From a virus (lineage: Duplodnaviria > Caudoviricetes): a DNA stretch of 64,000 nt. Shown in pieces: positions 36,082 to 47,965 of this stretch; position 1 is the first letter of the stretch, and every line of letters starts with the position of its first letter. The position numbers and the translations under genes are program-made. The stretch is taken from the IMG/VR virus record IMGVR_UViG_3300032280_000753, positions 77,403 to 141,402 of that record; one strand, given 5' to 3'. The notes beneath the pieces are model-generated. The model made no database searches. It worked only from the letters and a program-made list of their open reading frames with translations, and was not told the origin of the DNA.

Positions 36082-39069
36082 TCAATCCTCATTTCCTCTA
36101 TCAAAGAAAGGTTGCCCACTTCGATATTCCCTATCATAAATACCACTATCATAAGGATTATAGCTTGGATTTGTTGCCGTTACATAATCTAACGTATCAG
36201 CAAATATTGCGCTACCAGTTACGAATTCCACATTAATAGGATTATCAACAGTTCTTTTCAATGCAGTAGCTGGAAAATTATATGGATTTTGCTGTTGAAG
36301 TTGAATGGTTTTTGTATATATTCGTTGTTCCAACATATCACGTAACTGTCCATATTTTCCACGACGCCAAACTGCTGAAGAAGGAGTGTTTATGCCGCTG
36401 TATAACCCATACTTCCAGCCTCTGATTTGTGGATTGTAAAGGTTGAACTGTGGAATATCAACATGTCCATATAAATCATATGGACTCCAATCAAGGAAGT
36501 TTGGTGTCTTTCCTTTTCTACCGACATTTAGATTTCCACCATATTGCCAATCAGTTAAATCCAAAGAAAAACCATCTCCATAACCAAAGAAAGCTTTGCT
36601 GTAATCATAATTTGTTGGTTTTATAAACGAACCTACTGGTTTGTTGATCTTAACAACAGGACTAACGGTATATTGATCAATAAAATCATTTGTGTATTGA
36701 CTATTTGTTCCAGATACGTCTGCCAAACGACATACAAGAACAGTATCGTAACTAACTGCCGGAATTGTAACTGGAGGATTGAATTGCTTTTCATTGAAAT
36801 CATGAGTAGTTACGCCGCCAACAGCCATTGTAAATGGTGGTATTGTAACGTTGCTCACGTTTGTAACTAATGTTTTTTCTATAGAACCAGCATAATAGCT
36901 TCTAAAAGAGTTATTTCTGTTTGTTGACGTATATACAACATTCTTAGAGCCAGAACCATATGTTTGACTGGAGTAGATTACATTTCCTAATCCAGATGAA
37001 CCGGATATCCTATTTGGGTAGTCCAAGTCGCTTCCATCTGTTCTTAAGCTTACCCAATTGTTGCCATCATCAGAGCTGATTTGTATTTCCCCATCATCTC
37101 CAACAATTACCCAATCATATGCTTCTAAGCCCTGAGTTGAATTAAGAGAGTATATTTTCTTAACATCAACAAAAGTGCCCGCATAACCATTATCTGGCGT
37201 TTTTTTAAGCCAATCGCCGCTCGACGTTCCGCCGTTTGTGTTTTTTAATATCGTGCCACTAGCACCAACGCACAAAACTGTTCTGTTGCTTCCTAATCCA
37301 AGAGCACCGCTAATATGAGAATATGCTATTGAATATAGTGGAGGCACATCTACCGCAGAAGCCCAGATATTTCCAAGATTAATTTGTGTATAAGTATCTG
37401 TTGTTGCGTTGATATTTGAACCAATCGACCGAGCCATATAGCCAGACCCGGTTGGTGATAAAGTCGAACAATCTAATCCACAAACCCAACTGTAAGCGAA
37501 CGCCCCAGTTCTATCGTTCCATTTTCCACCGGTAGTTGAAAACCATATGGTGTCTGGTCTATCAGCCTGTCCAGTAGTATTTCTTGTAAATGTGTTTGCT
37601 TCGCAGCTACTATATGCCGCCGAACCATCATTTCCTCCGACACCTATTAAAGCACTCGTGCTTCTTGTAGTGCCAAATTCATCATATACATCTACCTTGC
37701 CAACAACAAATATTTGCTGAATTGTGGGAGTTATATTTTGCCCAGCAGGATTTTTAGTAGAAAAAGAATATAAGTCAATGTCAATTGGAGTGACGGCGGC
37801 GGCACCCATGTTAAATTCTTGATCTAAATCAACCAACTCCCAATCATCTATTGAAGGAATTTTATTTCCCCATCTGGATGATTTGGTCCTTACTAATTTA
37901 CCTCTTCTATTTCCATTCGAATCGATTGCTTCAACAATTAAAAGCCATTGCAAATGACTGCCATTTGTATTTACTAATGCCGAATTATATGCTATGGGCA
38001 TTGCATCACGAATAGAACCAGTTGCATTTGTATATGATGGTATTATACCTCCGCCAGCGCCATATATAGTGGGCGGCCAATTGTCAATTTCCATTGGCAA
38101 ATTAAAGGCATTTGATGCAACGGCGCTTGGAGTTTCGTGGATCGAAGAAATAGTTTTCCACGTATGAGATAGTCCATTTGAGCTTGTTAATATTGTTCCA
38201 TTTTCTCCAAAAGCGATATAAGCTGGATTTACGGACCCAGAATAGTTGCTCATGTATACTTTTTGCAATGGATTGTAAGATTTTGTATATACGTGCTTGT
38301 GCGCTATATTAGATGGCAAACTGGTTTTAGATCCAAGACCCAACCACATTTGAGAATATTGCGTATAACGTTTAAACGTCCCGTCTCCATATGCATAAAA
38401 CAAAGAACCTAAATTATTTGTCTGAAATGGAGGACTATAGAAACTACTACTATATATGTCGGTTTCTATACTTATGTTATCAAGTGCGGTGCCGAAATAT
38501 TTTTCTAATTTCTTAAATTTAGATTGAAAAGGATATTGATATAGCCAGATTGTATTTGTAAAAGAATTAACTGGAACCGTCAATATATTATTGTTTAACG
38601 CATTTGGCACAGGAATATTTGTTCCTTGAGCCGTTAAAAATATATGTGCGCTATCTTCAGTTAAGCTTGTTCGATCCAACTTCGGTGCCGCATCTAAGCT
38701 TGCAGAAAATATCTGCTTCCAGCTTGAAGTGGTTTGTAAATATGGAATTAACTGACTATTTGCTTTTACAATACTTACAGGAGATGGAGTTAATGAATTA
38801 TATATTAGTTCATTAACACTAAACAATTTAAGATTTCCGTTTTGTGATTTTGAAGGTATATAATCTCCAAAAACATAGCCAAATTGTTCAGATCTGCTTA
38901 TGTCTTTTTGATAAAAAGACGAAGAAACAATTCCAGTTGTCTTAAGAGCTATAGTGCTCCTGGCTGTTGAATAGCTGTTTTCTTTTATAGAACCGTAGAA
39001 TATCCTATCCGTATAGGAACCGGAATAGCTAACATAAGTCTCGGTTTCAAATTGATCAAATATAGGCAT
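36082..39069 (-). CDS. Virion protein with BNR/Ycf48-like beta-propeller repeats (candidate receptor-binding protein)
   Basis: FGENGTILTSSNG, VGASGTILKNTNGG and VGDDGEIQISSDDGNNW. Confidence 0.6.
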   Translation of the reverse strand: MPIFDQFETETYVSYSGSYTDRIFYGSIKENSYSTARSTIALKTTGIVSSSFYQKDISRSEQFGYVFGDYIPSKSQNGNLKLFSVNELIYNSLTPSPVSIVKANSQLIPYLQTTSSWKQIFSASLDAAPKLDRTSLTEDSAHIFLTAQGTNIPVPNALNNNILTVPVNSFTNTIWLYQYPFQSKFKKLEKYFGTALDNISIETDIYSSSFYSPPFQTNNLGSLFYAYGDGTFKRYTQYSQMWLGLGSKTSLPSNIAHKHVYTKSYNPLQKVYMSNYSGSVNPAYIAFGENGTILTSSNGLSHTWKTISSIHETPSAVASNAFNLPMEIDNWPPTIYGAGGGIIPSYTNATGSIRDAMPIAYNSALVNTNGSHLQWLLIVEAIDSNGNRRGKLVRTKSSRWGNKIPSIDDWELVDLDQEFNMGAAAVTPIDIDLYSFSTKNPAGQNITPTIQQIFVVGKVDVYDEFGTTRSTSALIGVGGNDGSAAYSSCEANTFTRNTTGQADRPDTIWFSTTGGKWNDRTGAFAYSWVCGLDCSTLSPTGSGYMARSIGSNINATTDTYTQINLGNIWASAVDVPPLYSIAYSHISGALGLGSNRTVLCVGASGTILKNTNGGTSSGDWLKKTPDNGYAGTFVDVKKIYSLNSTQGLEAYDWVIVGDDGEIQISSDDGNNWVSLRTDGSDLDYPNRISGSSGLGNVIYSSQTYGSGSKNVVYTSTNRNNSFRSYYAGSIEKTLVTNVSNVTIPPFTMAVGGVTTHDFNEKQFNPPVTIPAVSYDTVLVCRLADVSGTNSQYTNDFIDQYTVSPVVKINKPVGSFIKPTNYDYSKAFFGYGDGFSLDLTDWQYGGNLNVGRKGKTPNFLDWSPYDLYGHVDIPQFNLYNPQIRGWKYGLYSGINTPSSAVWRRGKYGQLRDMLEQRIYTKTIQLQQQNPYNFPATALKRTVDNPINVEFVTGSAIFADTLDYVTATNPSYNPYDSGIYDREYRSGQPFFDRGNED

Positions 39070-39070
39070 A

Positions 39071-41959
39071 TTATTCTATAACCTCATGTATTGCATTTGA
39101 GGACAAAAGCTGATTAGTGCCATCGTTATACTCTTTGTTTTCTTTTATGTAGCTACCATATAAGGTAATTTGATAGCGATTTTCATCTGTATCCGGACCA
39201 AATGTCAATGTGGATTCAGCTACTGGTGTTGCGACATATGTTGTAGTATATTGAACTGGATTAATACTTACAGGCGCTTGGCAGCCAATTATCAAATGAT
39301 CGGTTGGATATAAAATATATGGATTTACTTTATATTTTTCATCAACAAAATTGAATGATGTACGTGGAGAAGTTAAAGCTTTAACAACACTAGTGTAAGC
39401 AGGTTCCAGATTGGTTCCAACAAACAGGTCGTTGACTAACCCTTGTGTAGAAAGTTGTGTTAAATTCAATCCAGTCCTTGAACCATCGTAACCAATGTAA
39501 GTTGAATCAGTAGTTATTGCCGAACCATTGTATCTTGTTACGATACTATTTCCACCAATTACATTGTATGGAGGCAAGCTACCAAAACAAGGAACTCCTA
39601 AGCTCATTTGTAGAGCCATGTTAGTTAAACTCCAATTGGAACCGGAGATATTACTAACCTGACTTTCAACAACAATATCATTGTCTGTTTGTGGAATTAG
39701 GTCTGCTAAAGTCTTTGTTGTTTTGCTCAACCCAATACCTGGAGAAGAAGGTTGCAGATATGTTCCTGCTAAAGAACCGCTTGCAAACGAATATATCTGT
39801 GAGAAACCTAAGATATCCCTTACCGTATCAACGTATGTAGTTTCTGATGCATCATATTGATCTTTTGATAGCGGTATTGAAGTTGGGATATTAGTATTTA
39901 TTATTTTTCCGGATTCGCTAGCGTCTCCATATTCTTTGGCATATATGCCTTTTGAATATTCAATATTTTGATTTCTTCTTTGATTAAGCAAAAAGAAAGT
40001 ATTGATAGAGCCGGTAATATTACTAGTCACATTAGACAGGTTAACTGAACCAACTTCCCATGAACAACTACCTATGGTTATAATTGCCTTTTCTAATAAA
40101 AAAGGTTCCGTTATATAATGTGACATAGCTATAGCTTGTGACCCTGTTGCATGATATTTTGGATGATATGGAAATCCAAAATCGCTGCCACAATATCCTA
40201 TATTATGAAGGGCTGCAATTGGCTGCACATTTTCGGTAAAAAGAAATCCGTTAAAAAATCCGATTGGGATATATTCAATTGCATTTCTCAAAGTGGATGT
40301 GTTAAAATTTAAACCAACTCCTATAGGCTCCCAAATCTTTCTATCAAAATTATAATAAGCCATTGGAGAGCTGTAAGAATTCTCAAAAGCACTTGGTGAA
40401 GAACTAAATTTTCCTTTTACTGGACCTATTGAAGATGCAGAAACAACTGGCATAGGTATTTCAATCTTATTCTTGCTCCAAAGTGGAGAACTAAATCCTT
40501 CACCAACGTCTGAAATGGAACTGCCGGTTGTAAAGAATGGATTTGCAACAGAAGCTCCTTTGGCATCTGCGGCGTATTGTAGTTGATCATGGAAAGGTTG
40601 CATCTCTTGACCTGGAGAGAAATGAACCCACTCCTGATTGTCTCCGATGCCTTTAACAATAGAGCCGGTGACCAACATGCCATCTCTATTGAAGGTGGTC
40701 ATATATTCTCCAGCATCTACTGGATAAGGGTCATTATCAAGGTCTATAGAGGTACCTGCTATTACACGACGCTTCTTATTCCATGGAACTTGAGAACAGT
40801 ATATTTCTTTTAATTCATCAGAATTTAACTCTCTATTGAAAAACGAAATTTCGCCAATAGAACCGGTTACTGATGAATTTTTTGCAAACGAATAACCAGA
40901 AGAAATTCCATATTGTATCGCAGTATCTGTATCGTATGAGTCAAATCCGGCACCAAAAGAGCCAAAAGACGAGACAGCTACTCTCTCCCCATTAATGTAA
41001 ACTTTTATTGAATTTGATGTAGCCGGAGCTCCAGAAGTTTTTCCATCAAAACTAAAAGCAAAATGAAACCAAGTGTTGACCAAATTTGGAACTGCAACTG
41101 TATTCAATGTCATTCTGTTAGCCGTGCTGCCACTCAAGAATGAAATAGAGAAATCTAGTGCGTTAGGAGTGACATTCTCAGTAGCAGAAGCTATATAGTC
41201 TACATTACTGACATTCCATGGACTTTTTCTACATGGCCCGGCAATCAAATATATGCCATTTAATATATTGCTAACATCATGGTTGTAATAAAACCAACCT
41301 GCAAAAGTAAAGCTTTCATAAACTATTTTTCCAGGAGTTGGAACTATTACATCTGCAAACTCAAACAGACTTTTATCTGTGTCCATATTTTGAGCCAACA
41401 ATGGAGTGACACTCGTAACAGTAGAAGCAGGATCGTATATAATTCCATATGGACTAAAGCTTGGTTTAAAATCGTATGATTTATTTGGTTGTATATATGG
41501 AAATTCAAAATTTGCAGTTATTCCTTGGATTGGAGTTGCTTTATCAATATCTACATTATAAGCTTTGCCATTATGTGGAAAAGATTGACTAACGCCAATA
41601 AATTTAAAAGCGGTTGAAGGATCGTCAGCCAGATTAAAATCTAAATATGGATATGTTCCCTCTCTAAGAGAACCGGATATTTCTGCTTCAAAAGTAATTC
41701 CACCTGCTGCTGAACCGGTTGGACCCAATCTTTGCATGGTCCAATAACCAATCATATTATTTTGCCATGACGTTCCATTTGAACGAGTGCCGAATACAAT
41801 CGTCTGAACATCATTATAACCGACTTTATAGTTGCCTGTGCGACCATCTAATGAGAAGCGCACATTGGTTGGATAAGAGCCTGTAAGAGCATCCTGACCA
41901 CGTAATTGTAGCTTTGGAGAAACTACTCTTATTCTGGTTCTTTTTTCTTGTCTGCTCAT
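39071..41959 (-). CDS. Virion protein with a LamG-like domain (962 aa)
   Basis: FTFAGWF...WFHFAFSFDG...VYING...GSIGEISFFNREL. Confidence 0.65.
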   Translation of the reverse strand: MSRQEKRTRIRVVSPKLQLRGQDALTGSYPTNVRFSLDGRTGNYKVGYNDVQTIVFGTRSNGTSWQNNMIGYWTMQRLGPTGSAAGGITFEAEISGSLREGTYPYLDFNLADDPSTAFKFIGVSQSFPHNGKAYNVDIDKATPIQGITANFEFPYIQPNKSYDFKPSFSPYGIIYDPASTVTSVTPLLAQNMDTDKSLFEFADVIVPTPGKIVYESFTFAGWFYYNHDVSNILNGIYLIAGPCRKSPWNVSNVDYIASATENVTPNALDFSISFLSGSTANRMTLNTVAVPNLVNTWFHFAFSFDGKTSGAPATSNSIKVYINGERVAVSSFGSFGAGFDSYDTDTAIQYGISSGYSFAKNSSVTGSIGEISFFNRELNSDELKEIYCSQVPWNKKRRVIAGTSIDLDNDPYPVDAGEYMTTFNRDGMLVTGSIVKGIGDNQEWVHFSPGQEMQPFHDQLQYAADAKGASVANPFFTTGSSISDVGEGFSSPLWSKNKIEIPMPVVSASSIGPVKGKFSSSPSAFENSYSSPMAYYNFDRKIWEPIGVGLNFNTSTLRNAIEYIPIGFFNGFLFTENVQPIAALHNIGYCGSDFGFPYHPKYHATGSQAIAMSHYITEPFLLEKAIITIGSCSWEVGSVNLSNVTSNITGSINTFFLLNQRRNQNIEYSKGIYAKEYGDASESGKIINTNIPTSIPLSKDQYDASETTYVDTVRDILGFSQIYSFASGSLAGTYLQPSSPGIGLSKTTKTLADLIPQTDNDIVVESQVSNISGSNWSLTNMALQMSLGVPCFGSLPPYNVIGGNSIVTRYNGSAITTDSTYIGYDGSRTGLNLTQLSTQGLVNDLFVGTNLEPAYTSVVKALTSPRTSFNFVDEKYKVNPYILYPTDHLIIGCQAPVSINPVQYTTTYVATPVAESTLTFGPDTDENRYQITLYGSYIKENKEYNDGTNQLLSSNAIHEVIE

Positions 41960-42888
41960 GAACCTCTACTCCATCCAGTATATGCTATGCTATCAGTTCC
42001 ATAACGACCTTGTTCTGGTCCATATACAGAATATCCAGCAGTAGCCGATTTTTGAGTATACGTTTCTCTTATATCCTCGTCTAAATTGATATCCAACAAT
42101 TCAAGACGACTCAAGAAAGTTTGGTTAGAAACAGTATTTGGATTAATATTTAGTTGCTTAACTATTTCTTCATTTTCTGTATCGTCAAATGGATCGCCTA
42201 ATCTTTGAACGAAATTAACATAACCTTCTATTATAATATCATCCTGTATTGGTCCATCGCCAATATACTGCTGTCCACCATCAAGAAACGGCGATGATGT
42301 TAATGGTGCTTCATACGCAATAAACTGTAATATGCGATTATTAGATTGAACGGAATCGGAAGTTGGATTTCCGTCTTCAAGATTTCCTTTTGGACGATGA
42401 ACTGGAAAGGCACCTTCAATGTATGATGTTTCTGCTCTAAATGGAATAGTAAGAGGTTCCATAATGGCTTCTTGTCCCTGTTGCGGACCATCATTGAAAT
42501 ATATTGGATAAGGATAATCGTTATTGCTTGTTATATATTGGATAGGATTGAAAGGAATAGTATTGTCATAATATTCCGTAGTATTTTCGTATTCTGTCCA
42601 TGTTCGAGCTTCGCCATATGGAATAAACTCTTGTGGGCGATGCAGAAGATTTCCTGCCCAAAGCTTTGGTTGAGTAGACCCGTATACATGCACGGGCCGC
42701 CTCATTTCAACACCTTGTCGAAGTTTATCAAAAGCAGACGTATCCATTCCAGAACCCGACTGCGTGTATATTGCAATAACATCTTCAGGCATTGAACCAA
42801 TGCGAAGCTGGGCTGGAGAAAACAAAGTGGAATCGTTATACGGCACGAATTCCGTTCCACTCAATCCTTGGGTTTCATTAAAAGACAT
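41956..42888 (-). CDS. Hypothetical structural protein (310 aa)
   Basis: Located in the module, overlapping the next gene by 4 nt. Confidence 0.6.
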   Translation of the reverse strand: MSFNETQGLSGTEFVPYNDSTLFSPAQLRIGSMPEDVIAIYTQSGSGMDTSAFDKLRQGVEMRRPVHVYGSTQPKLWAGNLLHRPQEFIPYGEARTWTEYENTTEYYDNTIPFNPIQYITSNNDYPYPIYFNDGPQQGQEAIMEPLTIPFRAETSYIEGAFPVHRPKGNLEDGNPTSDSVQSNNRILQFIAYEAPLTSSPFLDGGQQYIGDGPIQDDIIIEGYVNFVQRLGDPFDDTENEEIVKQLNINPNTVSNQTFLSRLELLDINLDEDIRETYTQKSATAGYSVYGPEQGRYGTDSIAYTGWSRGS

Positions 42889-42929
42889 ATGTCACCTGAT
42901 TATAGTATAGATATATTGCAGATCAATTT

Positions 42930-45900
42930 TTAATATTTAGCAAAAGTGGCTAAAAACATTTGCAACAATATTCTATCTCTAAGCCCAGTTCTATTACTAT
43001 CTCCAAGATATAGCTCGCTAAACAGATATTCGAACTTTGGGCGTTCAAGCATATGACTTTCAATAACAAAGTTTGTTCCAAAGAATTTCGTCTTTTTAGG
43101 AATTAATTGAGAAACAAATGTTCCTATATTGTTATCAAACCACTTATAAAATTCAAAGAATTGTTTTAAGTTTAGTTTGTCAGTTAATCTATTAAAATAA
43201 ACGTTTCTTAAATTTTCAAGTCCAGGATAATCTGGAGAGAATACCAACTCCGGAGCGCCGAGGATATTATCAAGCTCATCGAGGGTAGCAAATATATTTA
43301 CTATATCTTGATTGAGAGCTTCAACAACGCTAAAGTCTATTGTAAATTTAGTGCTATCTGTAGGTTGTTCATTTCTTGGTATTTCATACACAGGAGCGAC
43401 TTGTGCCCATGGTGTAGACTGAACATTCTCATACTGTTCGAACGAACGAATACGGACTTTGTTTGTAGTGCTGGCTTCGTCAAATTTTGGAGAAATGAAA
43501 CTGTAATAGTATCTTTCTGGATCTATAACTTGACGGCTATTTGGGAATAACGTTCCTGATAAATGCAAGTTGTTTTGTGAGAAATCAAATATGGTTATAG
43601 CGCCCGAGCCATTTGATTGAGTAACTATTTGATCTGTATTTGCATCAATCCGTAAACGTTCCCAAGAACTACTCTTATTGGTTATAAAGTTAAAATTGGT
43701 AAGAGGATCTTGAACGCCAATAGATTTAAAGTTTCTAACGTGTTCGGGATATTCTTCTTCGCTGATGTTTTTGCTCCAAAACCTTATTTGAGAAACATCG
43801 CCTTTAAAGTTTGTTTCTCTTGCTGTAGATGGTGCTATAGCAGGATCATTTAGAAATCTGCTTATGCTTGTATTGATAGAGCTGGAACCAATAACAAAGA
43901 AAGAACCACTACTGTTTGTTGCAGCAGATTTCTCATTCCATACGTTAATACCACCACCAGCAGAGTCATTAAACCAAGAACTTGTTACATAATTGTCATA
44001 TATTTCGCCATATATGTTTTTGACAACTCTCAAAAAATAAGAACTTGATATTACAGAGTTAAGTCCATCATCATTTCTTTGTTTTCCAAAAGAAATATAC
44101 CACTTATCTCCATCAAATATATTTACTCCAGACATATAAAGTCTCATATATGGAGCAGCAACATTGTCATTTGGACGAACAAAAAGGGTAATAGAACTCG
44201 TTGTGGTGGAGGCATAGTCTAAGCTTCCGGAATAGGCTATTAGATTTGCTATTAATCCGCCGCTGGCAGCTAAACTGCTTCCTGTAGTTAGATATCTAAC
44301 TAAGCTTTGATTTGCATCATATCTTAGATTGGTTGGGAATTTGTATGTTGCCTCATAAGTCCATGAACCCGAAGTAAAAAGACCGTCGTTAGCAGTTCCA
44401 GTAATTTCTGGATATCCAGGTTCTATTCTGCTTGCTGAAAGATAAGGGCTTGTTACAAGACCGCCAGAAACAAAATTTAAAACCGATGCTATTTCGTTAC
44501 GTTTATCTCTTACGAAACCAAGATTTTGTTTTGTAGGTCCGCCATATTCTCTTATGCGGAAATTTTGATCTGGATCAATGCCAGTTGATCTAATGAATGT
44601 TTTTACAGCGTGAACTGTTCCTTTTGATGTAACAATCTCTCTTAAATTGATCAATATTCTGCGCCATATTTGGTTCTGTATGTATTGCAAAGAATATTGA
44701 TTAACCCCTGGAGTATCTTGGATATTTTGAGCATTTATAAATTGAGCTACGCTGGCACCGGTAAACATAGGAGGCAATTCAATACCTTGATTTCTTGCCA
44801 ATTGCTGCAAAAACTGATCAGGCACAGTATCAATGTTATTATAATCAACAAATTGATTATCGGCAAAGGATTGTGTGTATAGCTTTATTTCATCAAAGAA
44901 TTTAGCCCAAGTATATAGGAACAAAAGAAATACTTGTGTGTCTCCTAATCTTGTTGAGCGTGGATCAGTTCCGGAAGTTAAAGAATCTACAATCTCTCCT
45001 TCTTCCGTATCTAAAGCACTTTCAACTTGCCCTTCTAACAAATAATGTCTTGGAATTAACTTGGTTATAATGTTTGGATTCTCATTGTCATATATGCTTG
45101 CGCTTGTGTATAATGAAGTTCTATAGTTATAAACTTGTATTTGGTTTCCAAACATTATTGGACATAGTTCTAATTGTTCATATATAACCGGAGATGGTCC
45201 CGCTACGGAAGAAGTTGGCACCTGTCTAACATATGAACTGCGGTCACCACTTAAGTTTCCATGTAAGCTATTTGAAGATGCATCGATAACAATTGGCGCA
45301 TTACTTCCAGATGGTTCATTAAACTTATAATATAGCTTTAGGTTTGAATCTGCAAATATTGACTTTTGATAATTGTTATAGATATCTTCTTTAGAACGAA
45401 CTGAATGCCATATTCTTAAATCATCTAAAGCGCCGGACAAAGTATTTGTTGGAACATAACCGACTGTAGCTAAGGCGCTGCCAGAACCAATATATAAATT
45501 GCTTGTAGTGTCTACTGTTTCAAATTCAACAGACATAGAACTTGAAGCATAATATTGTCCATTTAAATATGCATATATGCCATTATATCCTGGCGTTCTG
45601 TCCCAAACCCAAGCTACGTGGTTCCATTGTCCTTTTGTCAAAGAAACGCTTAATTGTTCATAAGCAGAACCTGAAGATATATAAAAACTGTTTGTTGCTA
45701 ATGTGGTAGAGAGTGTTGAATTTAGTCCACTTAAAAATCCAAAAGAACCACTATGCTTGTCTAATACGACTTGATCGCTATTTGCTTGACTTGGAATATA
45801 TAACCAATACTCAATCGTCATAGGATTAAGTTTTGGATTGATTATATTTTTACCATCAGTAGTTTTTGATAAATTAACATATGCAGCGCCAGCTTGATCT

Positions 45901-46361
45901 ACTACGGTTACGTAAGTTCCATAAGCTATAGATGATGGTGCTACTGTTCCTGAGAAAAACAAATATCCTTTGTTTTTAGGATAATTATCATATATATATT
46001 TCTCGTGTCCGGTTAGCTTATCAAGATATATTTCAGTCTCTTTTTGCGTCCCATCAAATGGATATCCATTTTGAATTTTATCAAATGCAACATTGACTTT
46101 TACTTGTGCAGAGTTGAAAAAAGTGTGATTGGAAAAATCTGACCAATCAACGTTAAGTTGTTGTGTCGAACGTAAACCGGTTTCCGGATCATTATAACGA
46201 AATGAAGATGTATTATCGATGCTGGTATCTGATATTACTTTGGCTTCATATAAATTGAAGCTTACACTTTCATGAGCTTGATCTTGAACATTTCTTACTA
46301 TTATCGGTCTAAAAAGAGCTGGTGAATTTCTTTGTAGATTTCTTGTGTTATTAATAGGCAT
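42930..46361 (-). CDS. Baseplate wedge-like protein with LamG domains
   Basis: LamG motifs (TIEYW, WNHVAWVWD, LDDLRIW) and DTVPDQFLQQLA...KGTVHAVK, a gpI/gp7-type wedge motif. Confidence 0.65.
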   Translation of the reverse strand: MPINNTRNLQRNSPALFRPIIVRNVQDQAHESVSFNLYEAKVISDTSIDNTSSFRYNDPETGLRSTQQLNVDWSDFSNHTFFNSAQVKVNVAFDKIQNGYPFDGTQKETEIYLDKLTGHEKYIYDNYPKNKGYLFFSGTVAPSSIAYGTYVTVVDQAGAAYVNLSKTTDGKNIINPKLNPMTIEYWLYIPSQANSDQVVLDKHSGSFGFLSGLNSTLSTTLATNSFYISSGSAYEQLSVSLTKGQWNHVAWVWDRTPGYNGIYAYLNGQYYASSSMSVEFETVDTTSNLYIGSGSALATVGYVPTNTLSGALDDLRIWHSVRSKEDIYNNYQKSIFADSNLKLYYKFNEPSGSNAPIVIDASSNSLHGNLSGDRSSYVRQVPTSSVAGPSPVIYEQLELCPIMFGNQIQVYNYRTSLYTSASIYDNENPNIITKLIPRHYLLEGQVESALDTEEGEIVDSLTSGTDPRSTRLGDTQVFLLFLYTWAKFFDEIKLYTQSFADNQFVDYNNIDTVPDQFLQQLARNQGIELPPMFTGASVAQFINAQNIQDTPGVNQYSLQYIQNQIWRRILINLREIVTSKGTVHAVKTFIRSTGIDPDQNFRIREYGGPTKQNLGFVRDKRNEIASVLNFVSGGLVTSPYLSASRIEPGYPEITGTANDGLFTSGSWTYEATYKFPTNLRYDANQSLVRYLTTGSSLAASGGLIANLIAYSGSLDYASTTTSSITLFVRPNDNVAAPYMRLYMSGVNIFDGDKWYISFGKQRNDDGLNSVISSSYFLRVVKNIYGEIYDNYVTSSWFNDSAGGGINVWNEKSAATNSSGSFFVIGSSSINTSISRFLNDPAIAPSTARETNFKGDVSQIRFWSKNISEEEYPEHVRNFKSIGVQDPLTNFNFITNKSSSWERLRIDANTDQIVTQSNGSGAITIFDFSQNNLHLSGTLFPNSRQVIDPERYYYSFISPKFDEASTTNKVRIRSFEQYENVQSTPWAQVAPVYEIPRNEQPTDSTKFTIDFSVVEALNQDIVNIFATLDELDNILGAPELVFSPDYPGLENLRNVYFNRLTDKLNLKQFFEFYKWFDNNIGTFVSQLIPKKTKFFGTNFVIESHMLERPKFEYLFSELYLGDSNRTGLRDRILLQMFLATFAKY

Positions 46362-47965
46362 TATGGCATCACCTTAAATCGGAATCCGTTATTGCTAATC
46401 AAATATTCCTTGCCACCATAAGTAATCATCAACTCAATTTCATAAACTTCCCCTTGTGCGAAGTCTTGCATCCAAATGTCAAAATACATTCCTTCGGCAT
46501 CATATGAACAAAGAGTAGCTCCATTGTCAAATGGAATAATAACCTTACGTGAATAAGCATTAATTAATCTCCATTTTAGATTATCTAAGATAATGCTCTT
46601 TGGCTGAAGAGCTAATCTACTTGCAGATTGTTCCGTGTTGTAGTCTAACACAAAGACACGTAATCTTGCCTGCTCAGAGGCTTTATATTGCTGTTTGAGA
46701 TTGGTTATGTTGACTACCCAGTTCTCCTCTTCAACATTGCTTGGTGAGCCTTGTGGGAGCTTGTAGAGGGTCTTACCGGATGCATACGTAAGAGTGCTAT
46801 CTAAACTGGTCCATGCATATCTAAACTCTTGGCTTGTAGAACCGGTTAGGAAATTTTTTAGAGCCGTATTCTCTATCGTATTGAAGTTAACATCGGCTGA
46901 ATATATACCGGTCTGTGGAACGCTACCAATTAGATACTGATTACCAAGGAAACTCTGAGTTATAGAATAAAGACTGCGAGTTAAATGATTGATACTGGCA
47001 CTATGCGATATGGAGAAGCTGGAAGTTGTATATGTGATATACTTTGCACCATATAGATTTAGTAATAGACTATTGGCTCCGGTAATCTCCGTGCTACCAG
47101 AGAAGAAGTTTTGATAACCACCATTAATACGATTATAAGCAAACAAGCTTTGAGATACGTTAAAAAGGGTGTTACCCAAATCATCTCCTATTTGATCATT
47201 ATATTTGATAATAAGTTGTGGATGAAGGTCAGGATTTTTGGCTTGTTTAGAGCCAAATCTTTTTACGAAACGTGTTATGTTATCATTTTCTTGTGCATCG
47301 ATGAATGACAATCTCCAGCCATAGTTTGGGATTTGACCTGCTATAGCCGCACTAACAAGAGTAGTAACGTCTATATATAGATTTTCATCACCACGAGCAA
47401 ACTGTTGAGTTACTGTTAAATCTTGTAATCCAGCGCCGAGATTGCCAGAAACTATTATATCAATATTTGGATTGCCAAGGGAACCGCTTTGTGCTGCTCC
47501 GGATAGAAACCAAACGTTTGGAGTGCCGGTAACGACGGAAGCAGTAAGGAAGTTCGCTGTATCCAAATCACGGAATGCCACAACATCAAAGCCCCTACCT
47601 TCATCCCAGCTTTTAGAGAGCGCCATAAGCCTTATAGAGAAGTTTGAAGGGGTAGTTTGACCACCATATGCATCCTTCAAAGTAAGAAAGGCTTTAAAGC
47701 TCGTGTCGTTAATGTTTAGGAATGATGCAGTTATTTGTTGTAAAGGTTCATAATCAAATTGAAGAAGAAAACGACTTAATTCGATTACGCCACTTACTCG
47801 AGTTGAACCGCTATATACAGTTGTTTCATCATAAAGTTTAAACAGATCCAACGTTCCAGCTTGTCCTACGTTAGATGTAGTAGAAGGAGAACCTGCAATT
47901 ATTTTATTTGTGATATATGTGTCTTTGCTTGCTGATAATAATCTATACATAATATCACCTATCAA
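46361..47965 (-). CDS. Virion protein with a DNRLRE-like domain
   Basis: ASKDTYI...SRFLLQFD...NYGWRL...PQLIIKY. Confidence 0.55.
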   Translation of the reverse strand: MIGDIMYRLLSASKDTYITNKIIAGSPSTTSNVGQAGTLDLFKLYDETTVYSGSTRVSGVIELSRFLLQFDYEPLQQITASFLNINDTSFKAFLTLKDAYGGQTTPSNFSIRLMALSKSWDEGRGFDVVAFRDLDTANFLTASVVTGTPNVWFLSGAAQSGSLGNPNIDIIVSGNLGAGLQDLTVTQQFARGDENLYIDVTTLVSAAIAGQIPNYGWRLSFIDAQENDNITRFVKRFGSKQAKNPDLHPQLIIKYNDQIGDDLGNTLFNVSQSLFAYNRINGGYQNFFSGSTEITGANSLLLNLYGAKYITYTTSSFSISHSASINHLTRSLYSITQSFLGNQYLIGSVPQTGIYSADVNFNTIENTALKNFLTGSTSQEFRYAWTSLDSTLTYASGKTLYKLPQGSPSNVEEENWVVNITNLKQQYKASEQARLRVFVLDYNTEQSASRLALQPKSIILDNLKWRLINAYSRKVIIPFDNGATLCSYDAEGMYFDIWMQDFAQGEVYEIELMITYGGKEYLISNNGFRFKVMP